Shown here piece by piece: positions 23,480 to 35,200 of a stretch of 64,000 bases of DNA. Within the stretch, counting starts at the first letter, position 1, and each line of letters opens with the position of its first letter. The position numbers were made by a program, and so were the translations under genes. A model generated the notes under the pieces. It was not told the origin of the DNA and made no database searches. It worked only from the letters and a program-made list of their open reading frames with translations. Origin of the DNA: Trichodelitschia bisporula (Eukaryota); contig ML996687.1 of NCBI GenBank assembly GCA_010356995.1, positions 373,803 through 437,802 on the forward strand. Reading direction: 5' to 3'.

Positions 23480-23567
23480 GGCTGCGTGGCTTAATGGTAA
23501 GGCGTCCGATTGCGATTTCCTGTGAGTTGTAATCAAGGGATTGCAAGTTCTGGATCTGCCACGGTCA
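23480..23567 (+). pseudogene. Degenerate intron-containing tRNA-Arg-like gene (apparent anticodon GCG)
   Basis: GGCTGCG-TG-GCTT-AATGGTA-AGGC-G-TCCGA-TTGCGA-[about 16 nt intron]-A-TCAAG-GGATT-GCAAG-TTCTGGA-TCTGC-CACGGTC-A. The A-box is intact, stems carry C.A mismatches, and the B-box/T-loop is corrupted. Confidence 0.7.
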
Positions 23568-25708
23568 TAAGGCAATTATCCTTCCGAATGCTGTCGATCA
23601 GGTGAAGTCTAGATCGGTCAGAATGTCAGTTGAACAACACTATCTTAGAGCTCTTTGCTTTTTAATCGGTCAGTATCACCATACGCTGTAGGCCTAACGT
23701 CAGATCCTTTATCCCCGCCATTGAGTGCAAGGAAGAAAGTCAATGAACGCGTGTGCCGTGCACGCGTAACGTGTGAAGTGGAGAAGTCGCCTCGTGTCGC
23801 GAAGTCACATCGCGACCCAATCAGGGTAAATATGTTTCTATCCTAATCCCGAGCCAATGGAAAAATCCTAAGACGGGAACGATTCTCGGGCGCCGGGTCA
23901 TCTCGCAAGTATCCTCACCACCGGTCAGAATTTCAACCGGTAAGGCCCCGCGGCACTGGGGATGTACCGTAATCCAGCCCTTGCCCGCCCACAGCCTCGT
24001 GATCTACACCAGGCACCGGTTCCCATCGGAAAGCAAACCCCTCACGGCCATCACCCATCCCAGTCCCGATCCTCCAGGTACCTTATCGCACCCTCCAACA
24101 TGCAGTAAACACCCAAAGCAGCCTGTCTCCCCCTTCCATCCGCATAAAAAAAAAAGGAATCAACCCCACAATCCTACCCCTCCCCCTCAACCCCACCACG
24201 TGTCCCGCCCCACCCGCACCCAAACGGGCCCCGCGCACGCACCACCCCAAACCCCAAGCTTTACCGGCACCGGCACCGGTACCGTACAGACAGGGCTGAA
24301 TCGCGCACGTCCCCCTCCCGCCCCTAGACGCGGCCAAGGGCGCAGGTCAGGCGCTCGACGCCCCCGCGCTCGCCTTATTCCCCGTTCGGCCAGAATGGGA
24401 AAGACACCGCGGCGAGGCCGAGGGGGTGGGCGCTGCGTGGGCCTGCCGTTGCGGCTCAAGCGAGTGTCACGATGGTTGCGCCCGGGAGGGCGAAAGGGGA
24501 TGTGCCGGTGCCGCAAGGGGATGTGCGACGGGGTTGCGTGCGCCGCGTACCTGCATGCACGGGCGCGTTCCTGCGTGCCCTAGAACTAAGATGCCGTATC
24601 CGAACGCGCGGGGCGGCGCGGCGGGGCTGATGTGATGCGCTGCGATGCGCTGCGACCTGGTGAGCGATCCGTCGCTCTGCCGCCGCAGCCGCCGGTGAAA
24701 TGTGCTCGGGGTCGAGAGTCATGGACGCGGCTGACCGCGCGGTGTGATGGCTCATTGTTCAGCCGCGTGCCAGTGAGGCGCGGGGGGGCGTGTGGGTTTG
24801 GGGTTCAGTGCCCGAAGCCCCCCGGCCGCGCTGCCGGGTCCTGAACAGTCAGTCAGCGCCGGTGAGGTGGAACAGGTCGGAGGGGAAGGGAGGTGGGGAT
24901 GACTCGACTGCGCAGTTGCGGGCGGTGATAGGGTAGGTCGAAGCCGAGTTCATCCGCGCGGCCGGGTTGCCATAGGCTGCGTTCGGTGGAAGGTTGCATC
25001 GTCACGAAGGTCAGGCGGACAGCTTTGGAGGGGCAACTTAGTGAGTGGTAGGTCAATTCTTGTGTTCCATTTTGCTCTCTCGAAGGAGGCTGCGGTTCCG
25101 TGTAGCCTCAATGGGCGTTGCTTCCGCTGGTTATTCCCCAGTACGCTAGATTACAATTGTACGATGATTCTCCATCCCGATGGCCGTTCCGATACATGTA
25201 CAGTGTGGTAGCGTTCCAAAAAAAATATACTATGTCAAAACATGGTCTCCTGTGCTTCGGACCAACCAGCGCCGGCGCTGGTGATCCAACACGGCTGCGA
25301 ACACGCTGAAAACAAAGCTTCCCCAAAATATATATCCTAATCAGACATGGAGAAGTACAAGAGTACGATACTGGGAGCCAAGATTATCCTATGACAAGGA
25401 ATGACGACGGAGGAATGAGGAAGGATGGAGAGAGGGAGAGCCTGATCATGGGATGATAATAAGACAATGGATGGCGGGGAGGGGTAGAGTAAACCAGAGA
25501 GAGAGAGAAATAGCGGAACGTGTGGTTATAAGGGGGGAAGAGATAGTGAAGTCGTTGAGCATGGAACAGCGAGTGGTGGGTGTAAGACGTGAAGAGTCGA
25601 AGAGGTGGTGAAGTGAGAGCATTAAAGAAATGTAGTAGAGCGAGTGGGGGAAAGACCACCCAAATGAAACCAGATATCCGCCCAAACGCAGCAGGCGAGC
25701 CCCAAGGG

Positions 25709-26671
25709 CTACCCAACCGCTCTGATGAACCAGCTTGGAGGCCGCATGGTGACATCCACCATCTGATTCACTTCGGCAAGCTCCTCGTAGGTGAGCATAC
25801 CGCTGTTTCGGGTACTCCAGGCGCCTGGTGTTCCGGTACTCAAGTCGAAGTTGGCAAAAAAAGGGCTCTCATCTATGGCTGTCACGGTACCCGTGACTGG
25901 TCTTGAAGAGTTTGCGCTCCAGTCGGAAAAGCGAGAAGAAAGATGAGGTGGCATCGGATATCCAGGTTGCCAATCATCCTCGCCTTCCTTCTCTTCCTCC
26001 TTCTCCTCCGGCTGCGCAGTGTCGTGTTCCGAATCCTGGTCATGGATGAGATCCGGGACTGAGCCGGGACGCTCGCCGGCCACATCGCCCAACTTCTTCT
26101 TCGTGAACGAGTATAGTCCGTCGGCATACGCCTTGAGGTTAGGGTCCTCGACCCTCCGTCGTGATTCGGATGAGGTGGAAATGAAAGATGGTGCGCTCCG
26201 CGTCGATGTCGGACCATCGTGGGTGTATTCGTTGGCCTTTTCGGTGTCCACCGTCTGTCTCAGCGGCCAGTTGTCGGGTGTTTGGGGATTTCTGCGGGAA
26301 AAGAATGGCGTCTGGATGGCGGTTTCAGCCTCGCTACCAGCCTCAGTGACAGCGCAGTCGGCATCAGGATCGTAGTCGGCCTCATAGCCAGCGTCGAGCG
26401 ACGCAAGCTCCATTTTCCTCAAAGGACTCTGCACACTGCGAGTCGGGAAGGGGTTCGCCACTTCACCTTCGGCGCCGGGGCTGTCCATGGAAAATGGTCG
26501 TCGTCTCCTTGCAGTTGCGCGCTCTGCAGCGGAAAATATGAGACCCGCCTCGATGGCGGAAAAGTTGAAGTCCGGCGTTGCAAGCGTGGGGACCGACTTG
26601 CTCCGCTTGCGGGAGAGAGAGGGACGACTGAAGTGGATGAAGTGCGATTTGGACTTGGTAGATGAGCGCAT
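25709..26671 (-). CDS. Hypothetical, largely disordered S/P/E-rich protein (about 320 aa)
   Basis: First ATG (MRSSTKSKSHF) in the long minus ORF. Protein-like composition (NLKAYADGLYSFTKKKL, LSSRFSDWS) and a long pyrimidine-rich leader upstream. No recognised domain. Confidence 0.6.
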   Translation of the reverse strand: MRSSTKSKSHFIHFSRPSLSRKRSKSVPTLATPDFNFSAIEAGLIFSAAERATARRRRPFSMDSPGAEGEVANPFPTRSVQSPLRKMELASLDAGYEADYDPDADCAVTEAGSEAETAIQTPFFSRRNPQTPDNWPLRQTVDTEKANEYTHDGPTSTRSAPSFISTSSESRRRVEDPNLKAYADGLYSFTKKKLGDVAGERPGSVPDLIHDQDSEHDTAQPEEKEEEKEGEDDWQPGYPMPPHLSSRFSDWSANSSRPVTGTVTAIDESPFFANFDLSTGTPGAWSTRNSGMLTYEELAEVNQMVDVTMRPPSWFIRAVG

Positions 26672-29600
26672 GGTGTCGTTGAGGCGGTTCGCCGACAGGG
26701 AAATAAATGAGGGACTGATAGTGAGGGAGGGGACACCGCTGCGTGGTGAAGCTAAGATGGAGGGGTGCGACCCCAAATATGATTTATGACGGAGCGGGGG
26801 TGTGGCAGGTGAGTAGTGACCAAAGCTGGAGGCGTAAAGTGGTGTGAGAGTCACACAGAAGCCAAAGTGAGACGGGGCAATCGACGCCGTGTGGGTGTGG
26901 CTCGTGATACCAAAGTACTTTCCGGGGGGTACAGGGCGTTTGTGGGGAAGAAAGAGCGAGTGAATATCGAAATATCGCTTCGACGCACCGATCGGCAAGG
27001 ATGACTGTTGCCAGGCGAAGTGAGGAAGGAAAAAAGCAAAGGTTGATTTGAGAGGGCGAGAGGGCGAGAGGGTGACGATGTATGTGACGGGAGGTGGGAA
27101 AGAGGCGGAGGTGGAGTAGGTGGAGGTGGAGACGGTGGAGATGGTGGAGGAAGAAGAGGAGCAGGATGAGGTACCTAAAAAGGGTATTGGAAGGGAAGAG
27201 AAAGGCAAGAAGAGACGAGGATAGTGTTGGTGTCAAGGCAGCATTGAGTAGGCATAATGGCCGTTTTCGTGCTTGCAAAGACGAACAATAGGCCGGGCAA
27301 GGGTAACTGGGATGCCGACTCCGACACCGACTCCGACTGATCACTACACCCTCACGTTAAATCCTCTCTCTCTTTCTCTCGCGTAAGCCGAGAACCCAGC
27401 AAAGCCGAAAGCCTCCCTTTTGCCTTGCAGGAACTGCACTTATCCTATTCTTACACACCATCCCATACGAATACCCCCCGGTCTGTCTTCTCTCACACCT
27501 CCATCAGAGAGAAAAGGAAAGATACTCGGAAACGAAGCATTGGTCGAACTCCTTTACGTCCTCAAACGTTTCTCTCCCTTGGCACCGATCTGCACCCCCT
27601 TCCTCATCGCCTCCATCGGCGACAACGAGGAAAAACGTCATTCTCGCTTCATTCCTCCACTACCGGCTTCCCGCTAACTTTAGCAAGACGCCAATCGGCA
27701 GACGCCAAACAAGAAAAACGCGAGGGAACAAGCCACCCGCCAACAGTTGGAGCTACCAAGACCACGGCAACCCACCCGCTATTGCATCCTTCAGACGTTT
27801 AATTCCTCCCTACCCGAGCGCGAAGAGAATATTGGGAGCGGAAGGAGGGGCGGCAGAGGAAGCAGGAATATTGTACGAAAGGGAAGAGCCGGAAGGGGAT
27901 TCGTCCGTCCAATCCTCCCGCCCACCCACCACGTCAAGAGCTATGATGCAACGTAAAATAACGAGCATCGGGACCTGCATATTCGCGGGCCAACAAAAAA
28001 GCTGAAGCAGCTTCGCGCGCGCGCGCTGCCGTTGGTCTGCGGCCTGCGGTCGCGTTTGGGCGAGCGCGATGGTTTCACCTGCGCGCTCTTGTTAAAGGTT
28101 GCATTAATGCCACGCACCTCCCCATGGCCACGCATGCCTTTTTCCTCCGCTCATCGTCCAGCGTTCAGCATGACCTGCGCCGTCTCCCATCACGATCGCC
28201 TGATCGACGCCCAATGAGGTCCGTGCCTCCCCTGCGCCACGAGTCGCCTGCAGTGGCACGCCAGGCACGGTACCTTGCCGCTGCTGTCCGCCCGCTTCTG
28301 CACTCCACACTTTTGCTCCACTCCCCAAAAAAAACCCGCCTACCTGACATCAGGGAAACGGGATGGCGCATGTTTGCCGAACTGGTGATGAGAATAACCT
28401 TTTGATGTCTGTGATCGCAACTAAACGGAAGTAAAAACGGCCAAAGGCGCAAAAGGCCAGAAGGCCAGAAGTGCCACTTCCTCCTCGGAAATACTCAGCC
28501 TGACTGAACGTCGCGAACCGCTTACTGATCCTGATCCTTAGGATGCGTCGGAGGGGGGTGGCAAACCTGCACGGCGATTGCCAATCTACGGTACATAAGG
28601 TAAGCTGGGATGCAAGCGAGAGAGAAAAAAAAGTTGTCAGCCGTGTCAACCGCGTTGCTACGAGCTTACCCCTGGTGTGTTGTGCAGGGGAGGCATGGCT
28701 TCCCCCAGAAACCTGATCAAGATTCAAGCCTATCGGTCACCGCTATCGTGCAGCCTCATGCATCTTGCCTTCGAGCCTTATCCTCGATGCTTTGGGCACC
28801 CCTTGCGCACGCATCCTGGAGAAAATCCATCGAATATCAGACCATTCTGAGGCAGTTGCCGTAAGGCTATTCTGACATGTCGCCGTCGCGAGCACAATGT
28901 TTCAATTGCAGTAGTGCTAATCCTCTTGCAAACAGTGATCGACCCCTCTCGTACACTCTCTGACGTCATGATTGGCCGGTGCGCATATCATAAGTAAACC
29001 CCACTCCCCGACCACACCACCGATGCTGAAGTTTGCGGAGGTTCTGCGATTTGAAAACGACGCACATGCGGCTGCATAAACCTGGGGAGTTCCGAGGAAA
29101 CATCAAGACGTGAAACGCCAGCCTTGTCGGTCAGCATCTGACACAGACAGGCCCTCACACACCATCGGATCATCCCCGCGATGAACCCCTTCCCACCTGC
29201 ATGCTGCCAGTTCCCCAAAACAAAACCTGAAAACGGGCTCAACTCTGATCCCCATCGGTTATCCGCTTGCTCCCACTGACAGGCCACCGTATCCTTTCGG
29301 TCATGTCTTCGACAAACATAGAAAAGCTTCCGGCCCACCCAAAGCCACCAGCACAGCCGCACCGCTACCGTACTGTACACTGCCACGTTCCGCCGCCACG
29401 ATGACTGGCGCTAGCCTCACCCCGCGTCCCGCTTGCGACGCCATGGAGCGGTCCATCTAGCCATCTTGGGGAGAAGTCTTGGATTCCATCTCTCGCGTCT
29501 CTCCGCTGCTGTGTCCGCTGACACGCATACCTAACCTCCGGTGCGGCCAAAGACCCACTTGTCTCTTAGACCCCCCCAATGAGCCCGTTGCGGCGCGACC

Positions 29601-30100
29601 ACCAGTCTCAAGCTTACGATAGCGGCATGGCGCTCAAATTCTCTTGACAATTGACTTGAAGAAGCTTCACTACCCTAGAACTACCGTAGTCCCGGTAACT
29701 TGCACGAAGCATTTGCGAGCCGTTTCCTCGCACCTACCGTTAATAATAGCCCATTTCGGCCGAAATAATCGCATGGACCGGTAGATCTACAAAGTAGTTC
29801 GTCACGCTTAACGTCACGCCGTAAATACTTCAATTGATTGCCGAATGCGTGTTAGCGCCATCGCTGCCCAACCACCGCCAAAATCGAGAATGTCAAATTC
29901 CTAGAGGAGATCGCTCCGGCGGCCCAAGTGTTCCAGTAGGATATGTGCGATGGTCACACCAGCTCGTATGCCTTAAATCTCCGAAAATCGGATCGTCACC
30001 AGCTCCCGTGCGCTGCTTTTGGACCCTGGAGTACTGTGGTACCCATCCATATCTCGCAAAAGGTTACATCCTCCAATACCTCTCTCTATTCTGCATAAGT

Positions 30101-30435
30101 CATTGAGGAGGGAAAAATGCAAAGAGGACAACGGAATCCGGATAGCCAGGAGTAGGTTTCCCCATTCAAGCATCGGCATTTGCTGGAGCCGGCCGGGCCG
30201 ATATTTCCAATCCTCTGGCTCAAGGCGACAAGGGTCAAAGGCGTTTCAGCATCACGATTTTTTGCGAGAAGTGTGCATTGAGGAGAAGATGATGGCAAAG
30301 CGGACTGTGAGATCGGAACAGCCAGAGCAGAGTTTCCCCATCCAGGCATCGGGATTTGCTGAAGCCGACCGGGCGACAATTTCCAGTCCTCTGGCTCAAG
30401 GCGACAATGGTCAAAGGCGTTTCAGCATCACGATT
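30101..30435. repeat. Diverged direct tandem duplication, period 175-176 bp
   Basis: Copies start at CATTGAGGAG 30101 and 30276. The 49-bp cores 30211-30259 and 30387-30435 differ at 1 position. Confidence 0.9.
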
Positions 30436-30626
30436 CTTCGGGGGGAGTCTTGAGAACGTTTTTGGTCCTTGTATTTTGTTGTTCTTTGTATGTTTCATGT
30501 CCACCTCCGACGTTCGCATCCCACTCTTCCTCAGGAGATGAGCCTGGAGGGAACATTAGCCGCACAGAGGAGCAGCCATGAATTGAATCGGCATCCTTCG
30601 GACTGATGCCCCGACCGTCCGACTTA

Positions 30627-31785
30627 CTACTCTTCCCTCGCCCTCTGTCTCGCCAGAGAAGCCTTCCCCACACGACTTTCATTCAGCCTCCCGAGCTCCG
30701 CCGAGACCCACTCCCCCACATTCGCCAATTTCATCAAGTCAACTCCCGTCCTGAGCCCCAGGCTCTCAAATAGATAAACAAGCTCCTCCGTAGCCACATT
30801 CCCCGTCGCGCCTGGCGAATAAGGACACCCGCCCAGGCCGGAGACTGCAGAGTCGAACGCGCGAATGCCGGCCTCGAGACCCACGACTGTGTTGACCAGC
30901 GCCTGCCCGTAGGTATCGTGAAAGTGCAGCGCTAGATCCTGCGGCTCGACGCCCGCAGCGCTGAGCGAGCGGAGGAGCTCGCGTGTCCGCGGCGCAGTGC
31001 CCATGCCTGTAGTATCGGCGACGCTGATTTGCGACGCGCCCATCTCGAGAAGGGTAACCGCGAGGTCGGCCACAGCCTTGGGGGACACATCGGGACCCTC
31101 GTAGGGGCAGCCCAACGCGACTGAAATGTATGCTCGCACGGGGATGTTGTTGTCCTTCGCTGTGGCGAAGATAGGCTCGAAGCGCTGGAGGGATTCGGCG
31201 ACTGTGCAGTTTGTGTTTTTCAGCGCGAAAGAGTCAGTTGCCGCAGTGAAGAGAGAGATCTCGTGGTTGGGGAGGGGCGAAGGTGGATCTGGGTTTGACG
31301 GCGCAGCGTTGGAGTCTTGTGGAGAGGTTGATGTGGAGGATGGAGAGTGAGTTGTGTTCGAGGCGTTTAAGGTCGTGAGGTAAGCGTCGAGACCCTTTGA
31401 GTTCGGCACCAGCCATTGATATGTGATATTATCCTCGGCCTGAGGCGGAGTCGAGAGTATATGTTTCAAGATCTCAGACGAATTCGCCATCTACGAGAAT
31501 TAGCTACGCCACATAACTGACGGTTAAGCGTGCCTGCGGCGTCCACTTCGGCGACACGAACGATCCAGCTTCAATGGTACGCAGGCCCGTTTGTGCTAGA
31601 CGCTCCACGAGCTCGATCTTCGTGGCCACCGGTATAACATTCTTCTCATTCTGCAACCCATCCCGCGGTCCTACCTCTATGATGTGAACCTGCTCCCGTT
31701 GGACGGAGTAGCTCCGGCGGCAGGGACGACGGGCGGCAAAGCGAGCGAGGCGGCTGAGACGAAGTGGTGACATGCGTGCCGCCAT
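30627..31785 (-). CDS. HMGCL: Hydroxymethylglutaryl-CoA lyase, mitochondrial
   Basis: Arg-rich presequence, IEVGPRDGLQNE, EAGSFVSPKWTPQM, ADTTG, LHFHDTYGQAL and GLGGCPYSPGATGNVATE. One 43-nt intron 31491-31533 (GC-AG). Confidence 0.95.
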
Positions 31786-32217
31786 ACTTGATGGGACGGT
31801 AGACATTAGATACGACAATGAGGATGTATGGGCGTGAAAGGGGATGCTGCGGGCTTTGGTGGTGAGCGGAGGTCATCCGACAGCGGCGCGTAAGCTCGCG
31901 GCTGATGACGCTCTGGCCGTTGTGCGGGCCGGGGACGTGCTCTGCGGGGAAAGGCCGGGGAGACGGCTTGCTTGGCACTGTCTGTGAACTTCTCCCGTCC
32001 ATCGCGACCGTCTCGTCAACTCTGATGCGCGAGAAGCATATCATCCTTTAAGCATCATGTTCAATATATCTGCTTGTCCACTCCTTAAATTCACCGTTGT
32101 AAGGGGCTCATTGGGGAGACCATGAAAGGCCAACTGTTGGCGGAGGACCGATATGGCGAGACTGACATTAGTGCGCTCTATTATTGCGATCAAAATTCTA
32201 CTGAAGGAAAAAGCAAG

Positions 32218-35200
32218 CTAGCGTGATTCTTTCTCAAGCGCCATGCGGAGCACAAGCGCCTCTAACTCCTTCAGCCTTGCTTCCAACTGCTTCACATCCT
32301 TGCCCCCGGCCGGCTCCTGACCTTCCACCTCCACCTCTTCCTCCCGAAATGGCTGTACATCGATCTGGATCTCCTTCCTGTAGGCTCTACCATGGTGGGC
32401 GCTGGGGGGAAATGCCGAAAGCTTAGAAGGCTGCACTGGCGACCTAGGTCCCTCAGACATTGCCGTTGATATGGTGGAGTACGGCCGGCTGCTGACGGAC
32501 GCGTTGCGTGCTACCGGGAAGCCGTGCAGCGTTTCACCCGAAAATGTACTAGATGTTGGTGAAGTCGGCGAAGTCGGAGCTGGGATACGGGTAGGTGGCG
32601 GCGTTCGCACAATGACCGGCGACCCTGGAAGCTCAGCTGGCAAGGACGTTTTTGAATCCGCAGTGGGCTGCTGCACCAGCGACGCAGTCTCGCCGTCCAA
32701 CAGCTTTGTTCTGTTTGACAGGCTCGATACGATAGAGTTGCTGCGCCCTGACCCACCCGCTTGCCAAGGTTTCGAGGACTTTGAGCGGATGGAGGCGCTG
32801 GAGGAGCCGCTAGAAAGTGTACCACTGGCGGCCTTTCTGGCTGCAAGAGCTCGACGGTGTTCTACGCTACATTAGCTTCAGACCCTGGTATATATCCAGC
32901 TACTCACTCATGGCCTTGGTCTCCTGGATGCCCAAAGATCGTGGAAAGCCACTAATCAGGCATCCTTCGTCCTCATCCAGGAAGAGAAAGGCTTCCACAG
33001 CGGAGAGCTTCGAGGAAAGCGCTACAGTGACATGTGGGAGGACAAAGCGCGAGCGAACAATCATCTCCTCGGTTATTTTTGGTGTAATGTCGAGAATCTG
33101 ATCGTGTTGGCCGGCTGTGCGGATTACGAAGCGTGGCAAAGTCCTGCTTTTCTCCACGAGCAGCTTTCCCAGGTTGCTCAACTCCGTACTCTCATTGGCA
33201 AAACGACACAGCAGGTACCCTGTCACGGTTAATGGGGTTTAGGAAGGTAGAGGGCTAATACCTTTGACAGTACATATTTGATCGATGTTTGTGAAGGAGT
33301 CTCCCTCGGGTTCGAAGTAGAAGAGAGTAGCGATCAGCTTTCTAGCAATACCTTGGATATCCTTTATGTCAATATGAGATCTGATGAGCTGCTTGAGTGA
33401 CTGCATCTGAGAATAGTCGTCCGCTGCTGGCAGGTGAACAAGCGTAGGATTTACACGGACGTAGCGCAGATGTGCTGTAACCGCAGAAATGCTATGGGCG
33501 AAGTCATCTGAAACCATCTGGGCCCGTTTTGGAGATGAAGCTCTCCTATACCCATTTTTCCCCTTCTTTATGCTGCCAAAAACAGAAGAACCCGAAGAAC
33601 TGGCGATGGACCCGTTACTGGAGGAAATTGGTTCGGCTTCGCGGCCTGTCCCAATGGAGATCATAAAGTCTGGAGGCCGGACGCCTTCGCCGTCTGTCCA
33701 GACTAGCTTGCGTTCTTTGTCGGCTACAGTAACTGGATTGATTTGCCAAGTATCCGCAGCTGTGTAAACTTGCCTAGATGGAAGATGATGAAAGGCCTTG
33801 AATAGCCTCGGGGTGGACATTGTAGCCCTCGCACTGTGTCCAGTGTCAGTCGGTGTTCAGGCTTCGCTTTGGAGCACAACTTACGCTTCCCACACTTTCA
33901 TTTCCATGTATTGCTGGCCTGGGCGGCAGAACTTGTAGGGCACTAAAATGGTGAGTAGCTTATTTGGGGAACCGTGGAACGAACGTACACTGCTCTGTTC
34001 CGCGTCGGTTATAGTTAGCAAATACAGCTGGCATCCCAGCCGAAGATGTAGCCGTCACCACCACTTTCGGGCTAAAGGCCGGAGAGGACTCCACGGCCCG
34101 ACCGAAGAGAAGCTGTGATATGTGGAATGTCCCAGTTACGGCAGACTCGAGTGCCTCGGTGTCGTATTTGGATTTGCTGTACGATTCCAGTAAATGGCCG
34201 ATGCCTGGGAGCCCTCGTCCCGGACGCCGGGCATACGCCTGCTTGCATAGGCGCTCAATGTTGTGCGCGCATCGCTCAAGAGACCACCCTTGGGTGGTAA
34301 GCCCGAGAGCAATGAGAGCGCTAGTGCTGTAGAGGGTTAGAGACGGGCTTGACGGGCAAGAGAACTTACTTTGTTCCGACTATCATATCGCAAAATGAGG
34401 ACAATTGCAGTCTCTCGTTCCACTCATTCTCCAGGAGGCGCAGAATCTCGAGTTGAACGACTGCTCGAATGCCGCCACTAGCACAAGTTAGCGAAGGCAT
34501 GACGTCTGACCGATGTACTGACCCGTCAAGCACGAGAATTCTTGAGCCCGCCGCTTCTGGCTTCAGCTTTATGACTGCTGGCTTGTGTTCCGGGAATTCG
34601 TTTCTGTCTAAGGGACACTGATACACCTCCACATGTGAGTCGCCTTTGACGTGCCCGAAGTCTTTGATACAAGCGGTGCACAGTATGTGGCCGCAAGGCA
34701 GTATGTGCTCGGGATGATCAAAAAGACACCCAAGACAAATGGTGTGACAGTAAAAGAACCGCTCACTTCCTCGGAGGGTATGCTGGTACATTGGAAGCAA
34801 CGTTTCTTCGCGATGTATATCGTGCGCAGCAGCCTCTTGGGACTCTCCTTCATTTACACGCTCCGCAAGCCTTGTCATGAGTTCTTGGAGGCGGGTGAAG
34901 ACAGTATGGTGGAACTCTCCGCGATCCTCTTCAAAAGAGAAAGATGAAACGTAGGCTCCAGAGGCAAAAATGGTGCCTGATTTGGTTTGATGGCCTTTTG
35001 ATCCATGGCCGCTTCGGACATTGACGCATTTGGATTTCGCCACCAGTTGTTGTAGGTTACGGTGAGCCGTAATGCCGTCAAGGTGTTGTTGCCACCAAGG
35101 GTACTCTGCACCGTGAGCCATGAACTCACAGGGCCAATGCCGATTGCAGAAGTCTTCGAGCGCAAAATCCAGATGATCAAGGTATTCCGGAAGGATCCTT

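Noticed and set aside
26672..27208. 179-codon stop-free extension upstream of the hypothetical gene (possible non-AUG start)
   Set aside because: Low-complexity C/T-rich sequence explains the lack of stops; no positive evidence for translation.
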